From the human T2T-CHM13v2.0 reference genome, Homo sapiens, in assembly GCF_009914755.1 (NCBI RefSeq), contig NC_060933.1: 64,000 bases of DNA. One strand, given 5' to 3'. The position numbers were made by a program, and so were the translations under genes. Of the stretch, positions 42,398 to 55,433 are shown piece after piece. Numbering within the stretch: the first letter of the stretch is position 1; each line of letters opens with the position of its first letter. The notes under the pieces are model-generated. The model had not been told where the DNA came from. It ran no database searches and was given only the letters and a program-made list of their open reading frames with translations.

Positions 42398-42974
42398 TGT
42401 AGGGTAAACTTCCCTGAGAGCAATAACTTAAACACACCTTTAGAATGAGCTTGTATGGCAGAAGCACCTGAATGTGTGCTCCAAGTTAGGGAATCTGGGC
42501 ATGGCCGACCTGGAGACTGATTCTTCCTCTATGAGGTACATCTGAGCCCCCATCAAGCCAAGTGTTTGGGTTAAATGAAGGGGATTGAGGCCAAGTGTTT
42601 TGGGTTAAATGAAGGCTGACAGGTGGAGATTGTTAAGGGAAGAGTGTTAAGTGAAAATGCTATATAAGCTCCGTGCTGTTTTCAAGTGCTTGTGGTTTTC
42701 TTGCCTAACCTGCAGCCTCTCGGCCGTGTCGTTATGTTATCCATCCCACCACCACTGGACTGTAGGAAGGCGGATATGTTGTCCAGCGCCCCATCACTGT
42801 ACCATTTCTGTACATAAGGCAGTTCTCCTATCCAGCCTGTCACCACTGCACTCTCTCCCCTCTATGTAAGCTCCTAATAAAACCCCATGTCTCATTTGCT
42901 GGCTATGGGTCTCTTCTTCAGCCTCTTGAACCTGGTGCCTTCCCTACTGAGGTTAATAGGGGTTTGGCAAAACA
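42398..42974 (+). mobile_element. ERVL-class solo LTR (LTR47-like, tentative)
   Basis: TG...CA ends, TATATAA and AATAAA in order, 5-bp TSD GCATG/CCATG. Confidence 0.75.
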
Positions 42975-43589
42975 CCATGCTACTGTTATTTAAAATGTTA
43001 TAATTTCTCAAACTATATTAATCCCAAATTCAAATGCTAAAGATAACAACATATTGCAAAGCTGACTCTAAATGCCTCTGGATTTTTCAGCCCTTTTGGA
43101 AGATTGACAACATTAGTCCCTTCTTTTAGTGCAAACTATCTAGAGATGGGAGATCAAATGTGGAAATGCTTATAAGATGTTTTTAGTTGATGAGATTTCA
43201 GGATCTGGGAGCTAAACCTTGAGTTATTTCATTGCCATTGGGTGGTGGCAGTTGACTTGTTTTCTGCTGTTTCAGTGGACCTTGAAATTATCATGACTAT
43301 TTGCTTCACTTCAGTGTACACCATCCCGCTCCATTTGCAGTCAGCACCACTCAGGGAATAAAACATATTCATTCGCAGTGTCCCTAGCAATGACAGAGGT
43401 ATTTTCAAATATCTTTTTGCTCTTGAAGAAAGGAGCTCACTTTGCTTTTGCAAAAGACAGGTGCAAAAAGGACCAATATTTGACACACATCATATTATAT
43501 TGCAAAGAATAGGAGTGTATGTGTGTGTATGCATCTGTATGTGTTTTAGCATAGACATCAAACCAAAAAAAAAGGAGGTCTGTCTTAGA

Positions 43590-43750
43590 GGCAGACAGAG
43601 TGAAAGACCCCCAGGAGGACTGGGTTCCAATCTTGGCTTTGCAAGTAACTAGTTATGTTACCATCCACAAGTCACCTACTCTTTCTGAGTCTCATTTTCA
43701 CTATCTGTAGTGCATCAATATCTGCTCTATTCCACAGGAGCATTGTGGGA
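43590..43750 (+). mobile_element. MIR SINE
   Basis: CTGGGTTCCAATCTTGGCTTTGC..CAAGTCAC..TCTGAGTCTCATTTTC. Confidence 0.7.
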
Positions 43751-44154
43751 CAAGGTTTCAAACCTAGAAGGCATCTTGGCTGTATACAGCTAGGAGAAGG
43801 AATTATAATTGGTTCATTATTGACTCTTCCTTAAGAAGTTCTAACAGAATAAATTTGCCTTCTTGCCTGCTAATTAGACATGTATTTAACTGTTTCTTTT
43901 TTAAATAACTCTCTGCTGTTATTTGAAATCTTCTATTATATGTAATAAAAATCTCTGTCACACACACATACACAAAGATAACAATTGGCTCTAAGCAAAA
44001 TGATTTCAGAAATAAGGGGGCAAACTTCAAATTATTACTGCCCATCAAGGAAGTCAGGTGAAAACAGAGTATTGTTAACAACAAAAATATTTTCAAAAGC
44101 ACCAAAGAAGATAAAAATTTAAACGTCAGAGCTGAAGACAAAGATTTCTATCAG

Positions 44155-44342
44155 TACATCTCACACTTTTGCATAATCAGAATCACATAGGAGAACTTGT
44201 TAACTATGCAGATTTCCGGGCCTCACACCAGAGATTCTGAGTCAATAGGACTGAAGTTGGCCAAGAAATCTGGATATTTAGCAAGCTACCTGGCTGATTC
44301 AGAGGCAAGTAGTTCTTTGAGAATACTTTGAGAAACACTGGT
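44155..44342. mobile_element. MER5-like MITE
   Basis: CAGAATCAC..ATGCAGATTTCCGGGCC..CCAGAGATTCTGA..TTTGAGAAACACTG. Confidence 0.8.
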
Positions 44343-45306
44343 CATTACCAATCAAATATGAACATATTGTTAAGATTTTTAAATAAAGTACGAAAGAAAC
44401 TGGTAGAAAGGAGAATGTGGATTTAATTCAACATAAAGTTTTGGGATGGGAGATGCAAGACCCTCCCAAGAATAGAACGAGAAGAGAAGGACTCCCTGCA
44501 ATGTCTTATCTCTCAAAATGTCTCTAAGGTGGATCCACAGGAGCTAGTTAGTGAAAACAATGGAGGAATATGTACAAACCCAAGAGGAAAATAAGCCATA
44601 TAAAATTAGAAGAAAAATGTGGGAGGACAGGCAGAAATGGCCAGAGGGTAAGTAGTCTCAGGGATGGTCAAATTGTTGATGGGTAAAAAGATAGGAGAAA
44701 TTCAGTAGTCACTGGTCAGAGGGGAAATCTTACTCATCAAAAAGGAGAGGAAGAACCAAGTAAGTGAGAAAACAGTAAAAATGTGAATGACTTTACATTT
44801 TTAAGAAAATGACATACAATCTTCATGGAAAATTTGGTGGTGGGGAAATAAAATGAGTTCAACATGAAAATATCTTTAAAAAGTATCTTAGAGGAATTTT
44901 AGGATAGAAGATGAGAAAGTACTTTGAAAAGTATAAAGAATGAATTACATGATTATTGCTTGCAGTATTTTCATGATTATCAAATTTTTTCACTGTCTGC
45001 CTGGCTCATAAGGTAGTTAAAGAGGGCTCTATGACATTATCTTTGGATCCCCAGAGCCTAACAGTATCTGATATATAATAAGCACCAACCGGACGGACAA
45101 ATGGATGGGTAAATCAAGTTAACACAGGAAAAGATAAGAGTTGCATGGTCACATAGTACTCACAAAGCCTTACAGGTTTCATTCTCTGATTTTATGAACA
45201 CAGCACTCACGCACATTTTGGTACTAATATCTGCATGCATGAACCTCCAACTGGGGCATGCCTGTTTGTCTTCCTGAAGGAAGTACTTCTTGATTCATTT
45301 TACTTG

Positions 45307-45854
45307 GTGCATCAGTTGTCTACCTGCTGCCCCTGAGCTGCACTTTCACCTTATTCCATCCTGTCTGTATTGCTGGGGCTGTGGGAATCCACAAACTCCA
45401 TTTTCCAGACTCCTTTACTACCTGGCTTTCTGTTATGTCTGGCAAGAGGAAGAGCCATTATTTCTTTCTTATACTCTCTTTGTTTCTGCTGTTGTTTCTG
45501 GAAGTAGCTGTGCCCCTTCAGTGACCCAAGGTTCTGCTGGAACTGCCCTTAATTGGTCCCGGCTGTGGCTAGGGAGACCATCCTTGGCAGTCCCAGCACA
45601 GGCTGGGTGGAATCCCTTAAGGCCTGCTCCTGGACTTTGACAGCTCCTCTTCAGTTTCATTCCCCCAGTTCCTAAGGCTGGTAGCCGCTCTCTACAGATA
45701 CTAATCTCGGAATGTCACCCTTTTCCCTTTTTGCTTCTTTAGCTCCCTTGCTTATCTGTTCCAATGCCCGTAATACCAAAATCTGTAGTAAATCCCTTTT
45801 ATTTGAAACATCTAGAGTGGTTTCTGTTTTTCTGGCCAGATGCTGAATGACACA
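45307..45854 (+). mobile_element. LTR33-like ERVL LTR
   Basis: CATTTTCCAGACTCC..TTTGAAACATCTAGAGTGGTTTCTGTTTTTCTG..GACACA. Confidence 0.6.
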
Positions 45855-48800
45855 TCTGGAAAAATCAGGGTAAATATTATTACTCTAGGTATTGAAAGTA
45901 CAGATTGGAGAACATTTCGTTTGTTCCAGAAGAATCCTGAATGAAAACCGAAATTCAACTGGAGAGTTAGAGCATTATTGAACAGTATGTGTAGGGAATA
46001 AAATGCCTTTCCCCCATCCTGGAATACCTCCCTGATTATACTACCTTATTACTGTGATTGTTTTTTAACTTCTCTGCTTTTTCACACAAATCTACAAGAA
46101 TCTCCTCTTCCTGGAAGCCTCTCTGATTACCGCACACAAACATCATCTTGCTTAGTCTGAATTCCTATGGTTCTTTTGTTCTCTGACTTCTAGAGTATTT
46201 CTCCAGGTATGTTAGCAATCAGTTTTTCTCTTGATCACTCCCCAAACCTGAGTGATCATCAGAATCCTCAGAAAAATATAGATACCAGGCCCTTCTCCTT
46301 GTCCTAACCTCCTGAGACAAAATTCTAGAGTGATGAGTGGGTACTATAGGGTCGAGACAGCATCTATATATATTTTAATACCTCTCAGATGATAAACCCT
46401 TCAAGATCAGGGCCTTTCCATTTCTCATGTAGCTTTTACTGTACCTAATACAGTTTAAGCAGACCATAAAAATCTGTTCATTTTCTAATGAATTACATGA
46501 GGGAAGATTCCCAGGAAGACCAGCTGGTGTCACTACTGCCTAATTAATATTTCTGGCCCAGGGAAGGGCATCTCACAAAGCAAAATTTGACCTTACCTGG
46601 ATTCACCGATTCTGTGCTTGAATCCATCTTCCCATCTGTCTATTTTCCTAAAAGGGAGTTGCAGAAACCTTGCCAAGAAAATAGACAGCAAAACTTCAGC
46701 AGTACCAATAACTTGGGTTTTCTGAAAGGAAATGATGCCATGACCTGAGGCTGCCAGACTTAATGTGAGAAAGCAAGAACTGAAACGAGTAGAAGTAGGC
46801 CTCCCACTGGCCCAAGGCCTAAGATTTCATTGCACTTGCTTCTTGGCATTAACATTCTATAGAACAAGTTTCAGAAAAAAACGCTTAACGAATTTGCAAG
46901 CACAACCAAACTCCAACCAGATTGCATTTTTTATTCACCTTTTACAATCTCATTCATTTTCCATAACATTTGGAACTGCTGTTTGAAAGTTTAATTTTCC
47001 TTTTTATCTACTATTTTCTTATTATTGACTTAAATTATTCTTGATTCATGGATAAGCAAACTAATGTGGGTCTACCCTGAGTCATTTATTATGTATCGAA
47101 GATAACATAGAACTCTTCACTTCTGGCAGAAGCTGTTTAGTAATTACTTCTAATTACTAACAAATTAAGAACAGCATGTGCTCCAAAAGCAGTTTCTATA
47201 CAAGCTCAAACCTGGCTATATTTCAACACTTCTAAATTCTAATTCTCTGGATGCAGAAAAAATCTATTAAGATGGTTAAAAGGAAATAAAATCTAGATGT
47301 ATAAGTCCAAAAGAAGTCTCCAAAAGTCCCCTATAACCTTTCTTAGGTAATATGACTTGATCATCTCCATTTGAACATTTACTTCCAGAAAAGTAGATTT
47401 TTGGGATAATCAGCCTCTTTGTGTTGATTGACCACAAACTTCTATGTTCAGAAGTTTACATTTTAATTAAGAGGGAGGTATTGAATGGTAACTGGATCTC
47501 CAGTAGTTGAAATGGGCTTCTCCTTGTCTAGAATAAAGGCCTTTGTTAGCTAGGTGGTCCTAGAGAGAGCACGAACCCCTCAATTCCTCTCCTTCAAGAC
47601 TTACAGCCTTAAATATCCATGGAACTACCCCCACTTCTCAGGGAGTTTGTGTGCCATTGGCTGCCAATCAGTCATGTCATTTATAGGGCAGATGAGAGTA
47701 GTCTCTTTTATTTCCCACTTGGTACTGAAGAAGTTGTGGCCTTTGGGGGTTAACCAGTTACTGCCCAGCACACTGTACACAGATCGTGCCAATGAGGTGT
47801 ACACGTTTTCCTCCTGCTCACTTTGTGGAGCACACTGGTGGTGAACACAGGGTGCTGGACCTTATAAGGGGTTTCCATCATGGAGGAATCTTTTGAAACA
47901 ACAGCAGTGCTGCCAGAGGTGGGAAAACGGAACTACTTTTTAGATAATACTGTTCAGTTAGCCAGGACTCACCTTCACTGGAAAAAAAAAACTTTTTAGA
48001 AATTCCAAATGAAGATAAAAATTTATTTTCTAAGTTGTCAATATCAGCTTTGTGTTCTTTAACAAGGACTATTACTCATGGTTGATTGTTTGCCAATGGC
48101 ATTGAAATTGTTTCTTTTTCTCTTTCTTTCTCTCTCTTTCCCTCCCTTCCTTCCTTCTTTTCTTCCTTACTTCTTTCCTTTATATAATATATATAAAACC
48201 TCTTTCCTTTATATATAATATATATGTATATATATTTATGACTCTCTAATTTCTTCCCTGGACAGCAAGATGCCACCCACTGCCTTATCCCTAACCTAAA
48301 TCATGGTCTCCCAGCTTACTGCTTATTCAAGGGCTAGGTAATAAATTCCATTTCCTTTTTAAAAATTTCCTTCACCAGCTGGTTAATATCCAGAGTCACG
48401 TGTCTTCCTCTTCCTACGTTCCCATGTCTCCCACTCCCACCCACTCAACCTCCAGTCCCGTGTACACATCCAAAACATATCAGATAGAAGACTTTCCTTT
48501 CCTTGAGATCCAAACTGGGAACCTGGAGCCAGACACTGTTGCACAACATTGGGTCCTAACTGTCATTGTAACGATTTTCAACTCACCTGTCAGCATTCAG
48601 CTATACAAGCTTCATAATGTTGCCCAACAGAGGCGCAGAAACCAAGGGCAGATGCCTCAGCCTTTTAGAAGCTGCTTGTAAAACAATAGTGGAGCAATAT
48701 ATTTTGAAGTGTGTTTTGAATTTCTTAAAAAAGGAAAAATCTAACACTCCTCAGAACAGTTTACTGTACACAGTGAACTCTTAGCACCTAGGATCTCATG

Positions 48801-49019
48801 GGTTGCAGTGTGCCTGCAGGACTGTTTCTGCATTCCCTTCGATTTCCCACATTCCGTTTCTTCGTGGATTCCCTCTGCAGCTAAAAATTTCAAGGATTTT
48901 CCCAACCCCAAAGATAGAAGTTGATACCTAAAATCCAAAAGCTGCATTTTCCAAGCAATATAGATGTTAGACTCCATGAACCTCAGACTTAGCCTGGGCT
49001 TCTAGAAAATACAGTTCTT

Positions 49020-49320
49020 GGCCAGGCACAGTGGCTCACGCCTATAATCCCAACACTGTGGGAGCCTGAGGCCGGTGGATCACCTGAGGTCAGGAGTCCG
49101 AGACCAGCTTGGCCAACATGGCATAACCCTGTCTCTACTAAAAAATACAAAACTTAGCCAGGTGTAGTGATGGGCACCTGTAATCCCAGCTACTCGGGAG
49201 GCCGAGGCCGGAGAAATGCTTGAACCTAGGAGGCAGAGGTTTCAGTGAGCTGAGATCACGCTATTGCACTCCAGCCTGGGTGACAACAGTGAAACTCCAT
49301 CTCAAAAAAAAAAAAAAAAA
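49020..49320 (+). mobile_element. AluSq/Sx
   Basis: Dimer; TSD AAAAT(ACA/GCC)GTTCTT lies beyond the microsatellite. Confidence 0.95.
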
Positions 49321-49376
49321 GAAAAAAGAAAGAAAGAAACAAAGAAAGGAGAGAGAGAGAGAAAGAAAGAAAGAAA

Positions 49377-49444
<68 letters not shown>

Positions 49445-49473
49445 AAAGAAAGAAAGAGAAAAGAAAGAAAAAA
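49321..49473. repeat. (GAAA)n tetranucleotide microsatellite derived from the Alu tail
   Basis: About 16 pure GAAA units plus degenerate flanks. Confidence 0.97.
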
Positions 49474-50047
49474 TGCCGTTCTTTTTCCTGGTGCACAAGG
49501 CTCACCCCAACCCTGAGCCAATCCCGAAAGAGATTCTAATCTCCTGTACCACTTACCATCTGTACCAATCATGCAACACTTAGCAGAGAATGCTTCAGGA
49601 CACAAAGAAATATATTGAGATCCCTATTCCCATCTATTTATGGCATCTTTGCTGCCTCATCACTCATGGCCAACCAGTGACAAACTACCTCTGGGGTGAG
49701 AATTTATCCCTTCTGCAAATGCTTTATTTGGATTATTCCCTTTATTGTAACAGCACATGTCCACAGTAGAAATCAAGGGAGAAAAACAAGAGAGAGAGAA
49801 TAAAAACAGAATCTCCTCTAATCACCCTAATCACCCTACTCAGAAGGAGCTTTGGTTACTAAGCTATATTACAGTTATCTCATTATAATAATAAAAATTG
49901 TGTCTATACATGTGTATTATAGGGCTGCAATGAACATTTTCATAGCCAAATCTTTTGTGTGTAGCCAGGAATATTTTTATTTTTGTTTTTATTTTTATTA
50001 GTTTTTCTTCATTTTCTTTTCTTTTTAAAAAAAATTATGATTTTTTT

Positions 50048-50134
50048 AAATGAAACACTTCACAAATTTGCATGTTATCCTTGTGCAAGGAGCATGTTAA
50101 TCTTCTCTGTATCATTCCAATTTTAGTATATGTG
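50048..50134 (-). pseudogene. U6 snRNA pseudogene (about nt 17 to the 3' end)
   Basis: Reverse complement CACATATACTAAAATTGGAATGATACAGAGAAGATTAACATGCTCCTTGCACAAGGATAACATGCAAATTTGTGAAGTGTTTCAT matches U6 with CpG decay; A-rich tail at about 49971-50047. Confidence 0.93.
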
Positions 50135-50472
50135 TTAACGGTGGAAGGTGTACAGATTCTTGGCGTGTTGAACAAAGAATTGGACAACACACACAAAGAA
50201 GGGTTTTAATGAAAATGAAAGTACTCCATGGTGTGGGAGCAGGCCTGAGCTTGGGAGCTAAAAGGTCCCGTTACAGAATTTTTGGGAGTTGAAATACCCC
50301 CTAGAGGATTCCACTGATTACTTGGGGTATGCCCTATGTAAATGGAAAGGATGACATAAAGTTACAAAGTCATTTACTTGGCTCTATTCCCAATGGAGAG
50401 GATATTCCTGTCATAGCTAAAGTGTGAATTGGCCTTATGTTCCCTGCCTCCAGACCCTATTTTCCTGCTTCA
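50133..50472 (-). mobile_element. MER61-like ERV1 3' LTR
   Basis: Reverse complement starts TGAAGCAGGAAAATAGGGTCTGGAGGCAGGGAACATAAGGCC and ends GTTAACA; preceded by polypurine tract TGGGGAGA. Confidence 0.8.
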
Positions 50473-52025
50473 TCTCCCCACTGAGAGATGTGATCCCCAT
50501 ACATTTTATGAGAGTCAGAGGGACCGATGGTCTTTTTTCTGTAACTGCTTCATGCTGGCTTGGGGCATAGTCCCTGTTGAGGATCACAGAACTCTCACCC
50601 TACTCTGTCTATTGGTGGCAGGGTAGCTCCTTAAATGGCCAGGGGTGGTGTCTTCACCTGGAACTTTTGTTGCATGATCATCTGAAGCTTGATGGTCTCT
50701 AGGCAACAGGAAATGAATTTGGTTAAAAGATTTAATGGCAACTTCAGGGAGCGGATACCTACGCTGTCAGAAATGTTTGTTATAGAGATGTGCAGCAGGA
50801 AAAAAACAAAACCTGGACTGTTCTAGAATCTCTGTGCTTCCTTAAAGTCTTAGCATGAGCAATTCTATTTTGGTTTGGTTTGTTGGGGCCTAGTGTATGA
50901 GCTCAATCCAAAACAATGGCCTCCCAGAATTTTTTTTTTAATTCCCCCTTTTTTTGGTCAGGTTCTTACTTACATGAGAGTGTGACCAAAACTTACGGCC
51001 TTAGTGCCACTCTCAGTTACCATCATTTTGGGTTTCCGATTTCAGCATGTCATTCATAGGTTACGGTGTCCTCACGGTTGCACATTTCTTTCAGCTCTTG
51101 TCGTTCAAATTGGAGACAGACTATATGACATTCTAGAGATGGCTGCATGCAAGCATTTAAAATCTTTGAGAGAATACAGTGCAGCAGGGAGACTATTACT
51201 ATGACTATTGGGAGGATAATACCAAGAGTTTGGAATATGCTCCTTATCCAGGGTCCCCATAAACCAAATCTCCTAAAATTAAATAGATCAAAGAATGAGC
51301 TAGGTAGTTCACTCATTTGACTAAGCAATTTCTTCATCAATCCCCTACCACTGAATTTCTATAATCTTCATTTGATGTATTTCCCCATAGGCCAAAATTG
51401 CCAGCAGCTGTACAGGTACTTTTCTGTTTAGCTAATTCTATTATTTAACATAACTTTCACAAGAGAATTTAAAAGTCTGTTGTGTAACTGTAGCCTTTAC
51501 AGCAGAATTTGTTATAGAACCTTTCATGAGGGATACATTTCTAATCATTGCTTCTTTTATTTTAAACTGTGGAAAAACGACCTAACAAATGATGCCCTTT
51601 TAGAAGAGTGAAGGCCTTCTGGCAATGTTCTCTTTAACCCATGATGTGGGTTAAAAGGAGCGAACCAATGTTTTGTTTTTGACTGATTATGAGGCAACAC
51701 ATGTACCATTAAAGTTTCTTACCTGCATTCAGCCTTTGTCTTTTATCTATCAAAGTATAAGGTTATCCATGCGTAAGACTGGCTACAAACCCCTTCACAA
51801 ATAAAAGTATACCCATAAGTGCACATAACAGACCCCTTTTCCACTTCTATGTTCATAGAGGAATAAGCAAGCAAAAAATATTAAAAGATAAGAGTTTCAT
51901 GATAATAGAAGTAAGTCTTAATCTGTGAACTCGGGAAAAGCTGTTCACATCAAGGATGCCATCCTCTACTTGGGAGAAATTTCCATGGTTAGCTTTACCT
52001 CCAGGGTTTATCTTAAGAGTAGAGA
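50473..52025 (-). mobile_element. ERV1 internal region (MER61-int/MER4-group) with degenerate env TM
   Basis: ORF 51050-51340 WGPWIRSIFQTLGIILPIVIVIVSLLHCILSK is a TM anchor; upstream frameshifted LNSLVKVMLNNRI..LAKQKSTCTAA resembles the immunosuppressive domain. Confidence 0.8.
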
Positions 52026-52030
52026 GGCAG

Positions 52031-52483
<453 letters not shown>

Positions 52484-54004
52484 TTAGATAGCTTTGGGGT
52501 TGTAAGCTGCTCCTGGAACAGAAGAGATGCTCCAGATCACACATTTGGAAAAGCTAAGCTCTTAGATTTTTCAAGAAGTCAGAAAGTGAAGAAAAGGGGA
52601 TAGGGTAGGGGTACCAACAATTGCTGATTTTAAGGGGATTCTATATACAAAATCAAAGCAAGAGCACTTAAGCCGACTGAGGTGCCACAGCCTCCGTAAG
52701 CCTGAATTGGATGAATGACCCAGCAGCTACTGAGTACCTACTCTGAGCTGCATGTTTGATGTGCATTAACTGACTGAATCATTAGGAAAACCCTGTGACA
52801 TAGGTATTAGAGGCTAAGAGCAATTCAGTAACTTGTCCAAAGTTGCACATCTGACAAAGGATAGAGATGAGATTCAACCTCAGGGCTAATTTCGAAATCA
52901 ATTCTCCTAACAGCTCTGCTACCCTGCCTTCATCTAGGTTGCTAATTCATGAATATCTCTTCCCCTTCAAGGAAGTACTGGATTTCCCTCCTATACAATG
53001 TAGGGCGTGACATGACTTACAGCCCAGAACTCGTAGGTTGTGAGGGAAGGGGATTCATTTTGCCTGGATATCGCACAGTGCATAGAGCCACGTGGGACTT
53101 CCAAAGGCTGCTGGAACTAAAAAGCCCTTGTTGGTGAAATATGGTCCTGTAGAGTCTGCATTTCCAAAGGTTCTTGGATCTTGAACTAACTAAAAATTTA
53201 GAGTTCAATAGAAGAATCTAAATCAAAATAACCAGCTAAATATACTTCTTAGTCCTGGACACTGGAAGTATGCTAACTTCTGCCCAAGACAATCACATCA
53301 CGTCAAGCCAGAAAGCCATATTACAAAAACACCTGCATTTGAGGAAAGACACACAGACGGCACCGCATACAGACATACAGGTGCCCAAGTGCAGTGAATA
53401 AGCAGATGTCCAAGAGGGAGTGAACAGTTCAGATCAATTCAACAATAATTTGTTGAACATTTGCTATATTTCAGGCACTCTTCTATTGGTTTATCCTGCC
53501 AGGCAGCAGTGCTCGACATCAAGAATCTGTGGCAGATACGTAAGAAGCAACACAGTGTGATAAGTAAAATGAGTCACACATATAGAACGTTCTAAGACAG
53601 TGGAGAAGGGAATTATTCACTCATTCTTTCTTTCATTCCATCAACACTTCCTGAACAAATACTATGTGCTGCAATGGGCTAAAACCCAGACTAATAAAAA
53701 ATTTCTGGCAGAGGAGAAAAGAGAGACATTTGAGGTAGAGGGAACCACGGACATGTATAGATGCCTGAAAGATCATGACATGTTTGAAGATCTCTGAAAC
53801 ATTCCAAATTGTGGAGAATAAAGTTGGAGGGGGAAAGCAGCAGCCGCAGCTGAAGTATGCAATCACTTCTATGTATTGAGAGCAATCATTCATAATATGC
53901 ATAGGGTGCAATACTTTGCACTATGTGCAGGAAAGAGCATAAGTAGACTTTGTGGCAGTCTAAACCCAGATATTGTTTTTATATATTACGTACTTGATAA
54001 AAGT

Positions 54005-54163
54005 CTTTTTTTTTTTTTAAACAGGGTCTTGCTCAGCCTCCCAAGCTGTAGTGCATTGGAGCATTCATATCTCATTGTACCCGCAAACTTCTAAGCTCAA
54101 GTGATACTCTTGCCTCTGCCTCCTGGATAGCTGAGACTATGGGCACACACCATCATGCCCAGT
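54005..54163 (-). mobile_element. Alu monomer (FRAM/AluJ-like)
   Basis: Single arm; TSD GTACTTGATAAA. Confidence 0.85.
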
Positions 54164-55182
54164 GGTACTTGATAAACTTCATAAACTGCAAGTAGGGTTT
54201 ATACGCTTATACCCATGGGAGTGCCCAGTCTCTCTGGCCTCATACAGATATCTGTGGTGACCCTCTGAAGAGGGTGAAAAGTCAAGGGAGTTAGGAAATC
54301 ACCTTTCTCTCAGGCTAGAAGATCCAGAGTTGGTGGTGGCTCTTCCCCACCCAGTAGTCCACTGTGGGACAGGACAGATACTCATCCTATACAATGGGGC
54401 TACCTCTCCTTATCCTAACTTTCTACCTTCCTTGGACTCCGCTGGGACAGGGTTTAGATCACTGTCTTTCTGAAAGATTCATGTATGACCCAAAGCAGTA
54501 GAGAGCTGGAGGCAGAAACAGGAATCGTACCTTTTTAAAAAAGTTAATGCCCTTTCTTATGTCTCAGAAGGGAAACAAGTTCTCCACATTGGGGCCTTTG
54601 AGAAAGTATCTCCACAAAGGCTTGCTTCCTGCCTATTTCTCTGTCTACTCATCCTCCTGTCTTCTCCTCTGTTTGGATGTCATTCCTCTCCATCTCACTC
54701 TCCCTTTCTATCTCTGCCCACCATCCCTGCCAGGATAGAAAGCCCTAGACCCAGCCACCTCTTCAGTCTGTAATATTCTGCTGCCTCTGGCTTTACCTGG
54801 AGGTCAGTGAGGCTTCCTCTGATCCCCCTTTCATAGATGCACTCATCTCTGGTGGAAGGGACAGTGGGGACATGGGGGGTACCTCACCTCCAGAAGAGCC
54901 TGCCTCCAGGTTTCCTTCAGAAATTCCTTAGAGACCATCTAATTTTTCTGTGAGAAAAGCAATTTCTTCCAAAGATTGCTTGTCTAGTCTATATAGGGGG
55001 TGTGTTCTCTTATTGGTATAGTTTTAACTCTACTTCTTTTGGATTAATAACAGTAGACTTTTTTTCTGAGCCTGTTTTCATTAAGGTTTTTCCCAATAAC
55101 TGAAAAATCACTCTGCCTGTGTCACCTGGCACCAGGTTCAAGTAGTTTCTTCCTCATTGCTAGATTTATTCCATTCTAAGAG

Positions 55183-55184
<2 letters not shown>

Positions 55185-55214
<30 letters not shown>
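55185..55214. repeat. (TG)n microsatellite
   Basis: About 15 units. Confidence 0.95.
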
Positions 55215-55215
<1 letters not shown>

Positions 55216-55433
55216 GGGCTCGGGTAGGTTGAGATGGTCAGTTTATTCTACCAGATATGTAAATATTTAACCGAAATTTGGGGGAAAATTATATTTTAAA
55301 AATCTCGATTAAGAGCAGGAAATTCAGATAGAGGTTTGTACTGTCAATAGGGATTTGGTAAAGCACTTAGTACAATGAAACACACATCCAGTACCTGGTA
55401 CTGTTAATATTCTTACAAATGTACATATTTTTG

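Noticed and set aside
49220-49605. Lys/Glu/Arg-rich and Phe/Leu/Ser-rich ORFs
   Set aside because: Translations of the Alu tail and (GAAA)n
50324-50333. p53 element in the MER61-like LTR
   Set aside because: GGGTATGCCC lacks the core C, and there is no second good half-site
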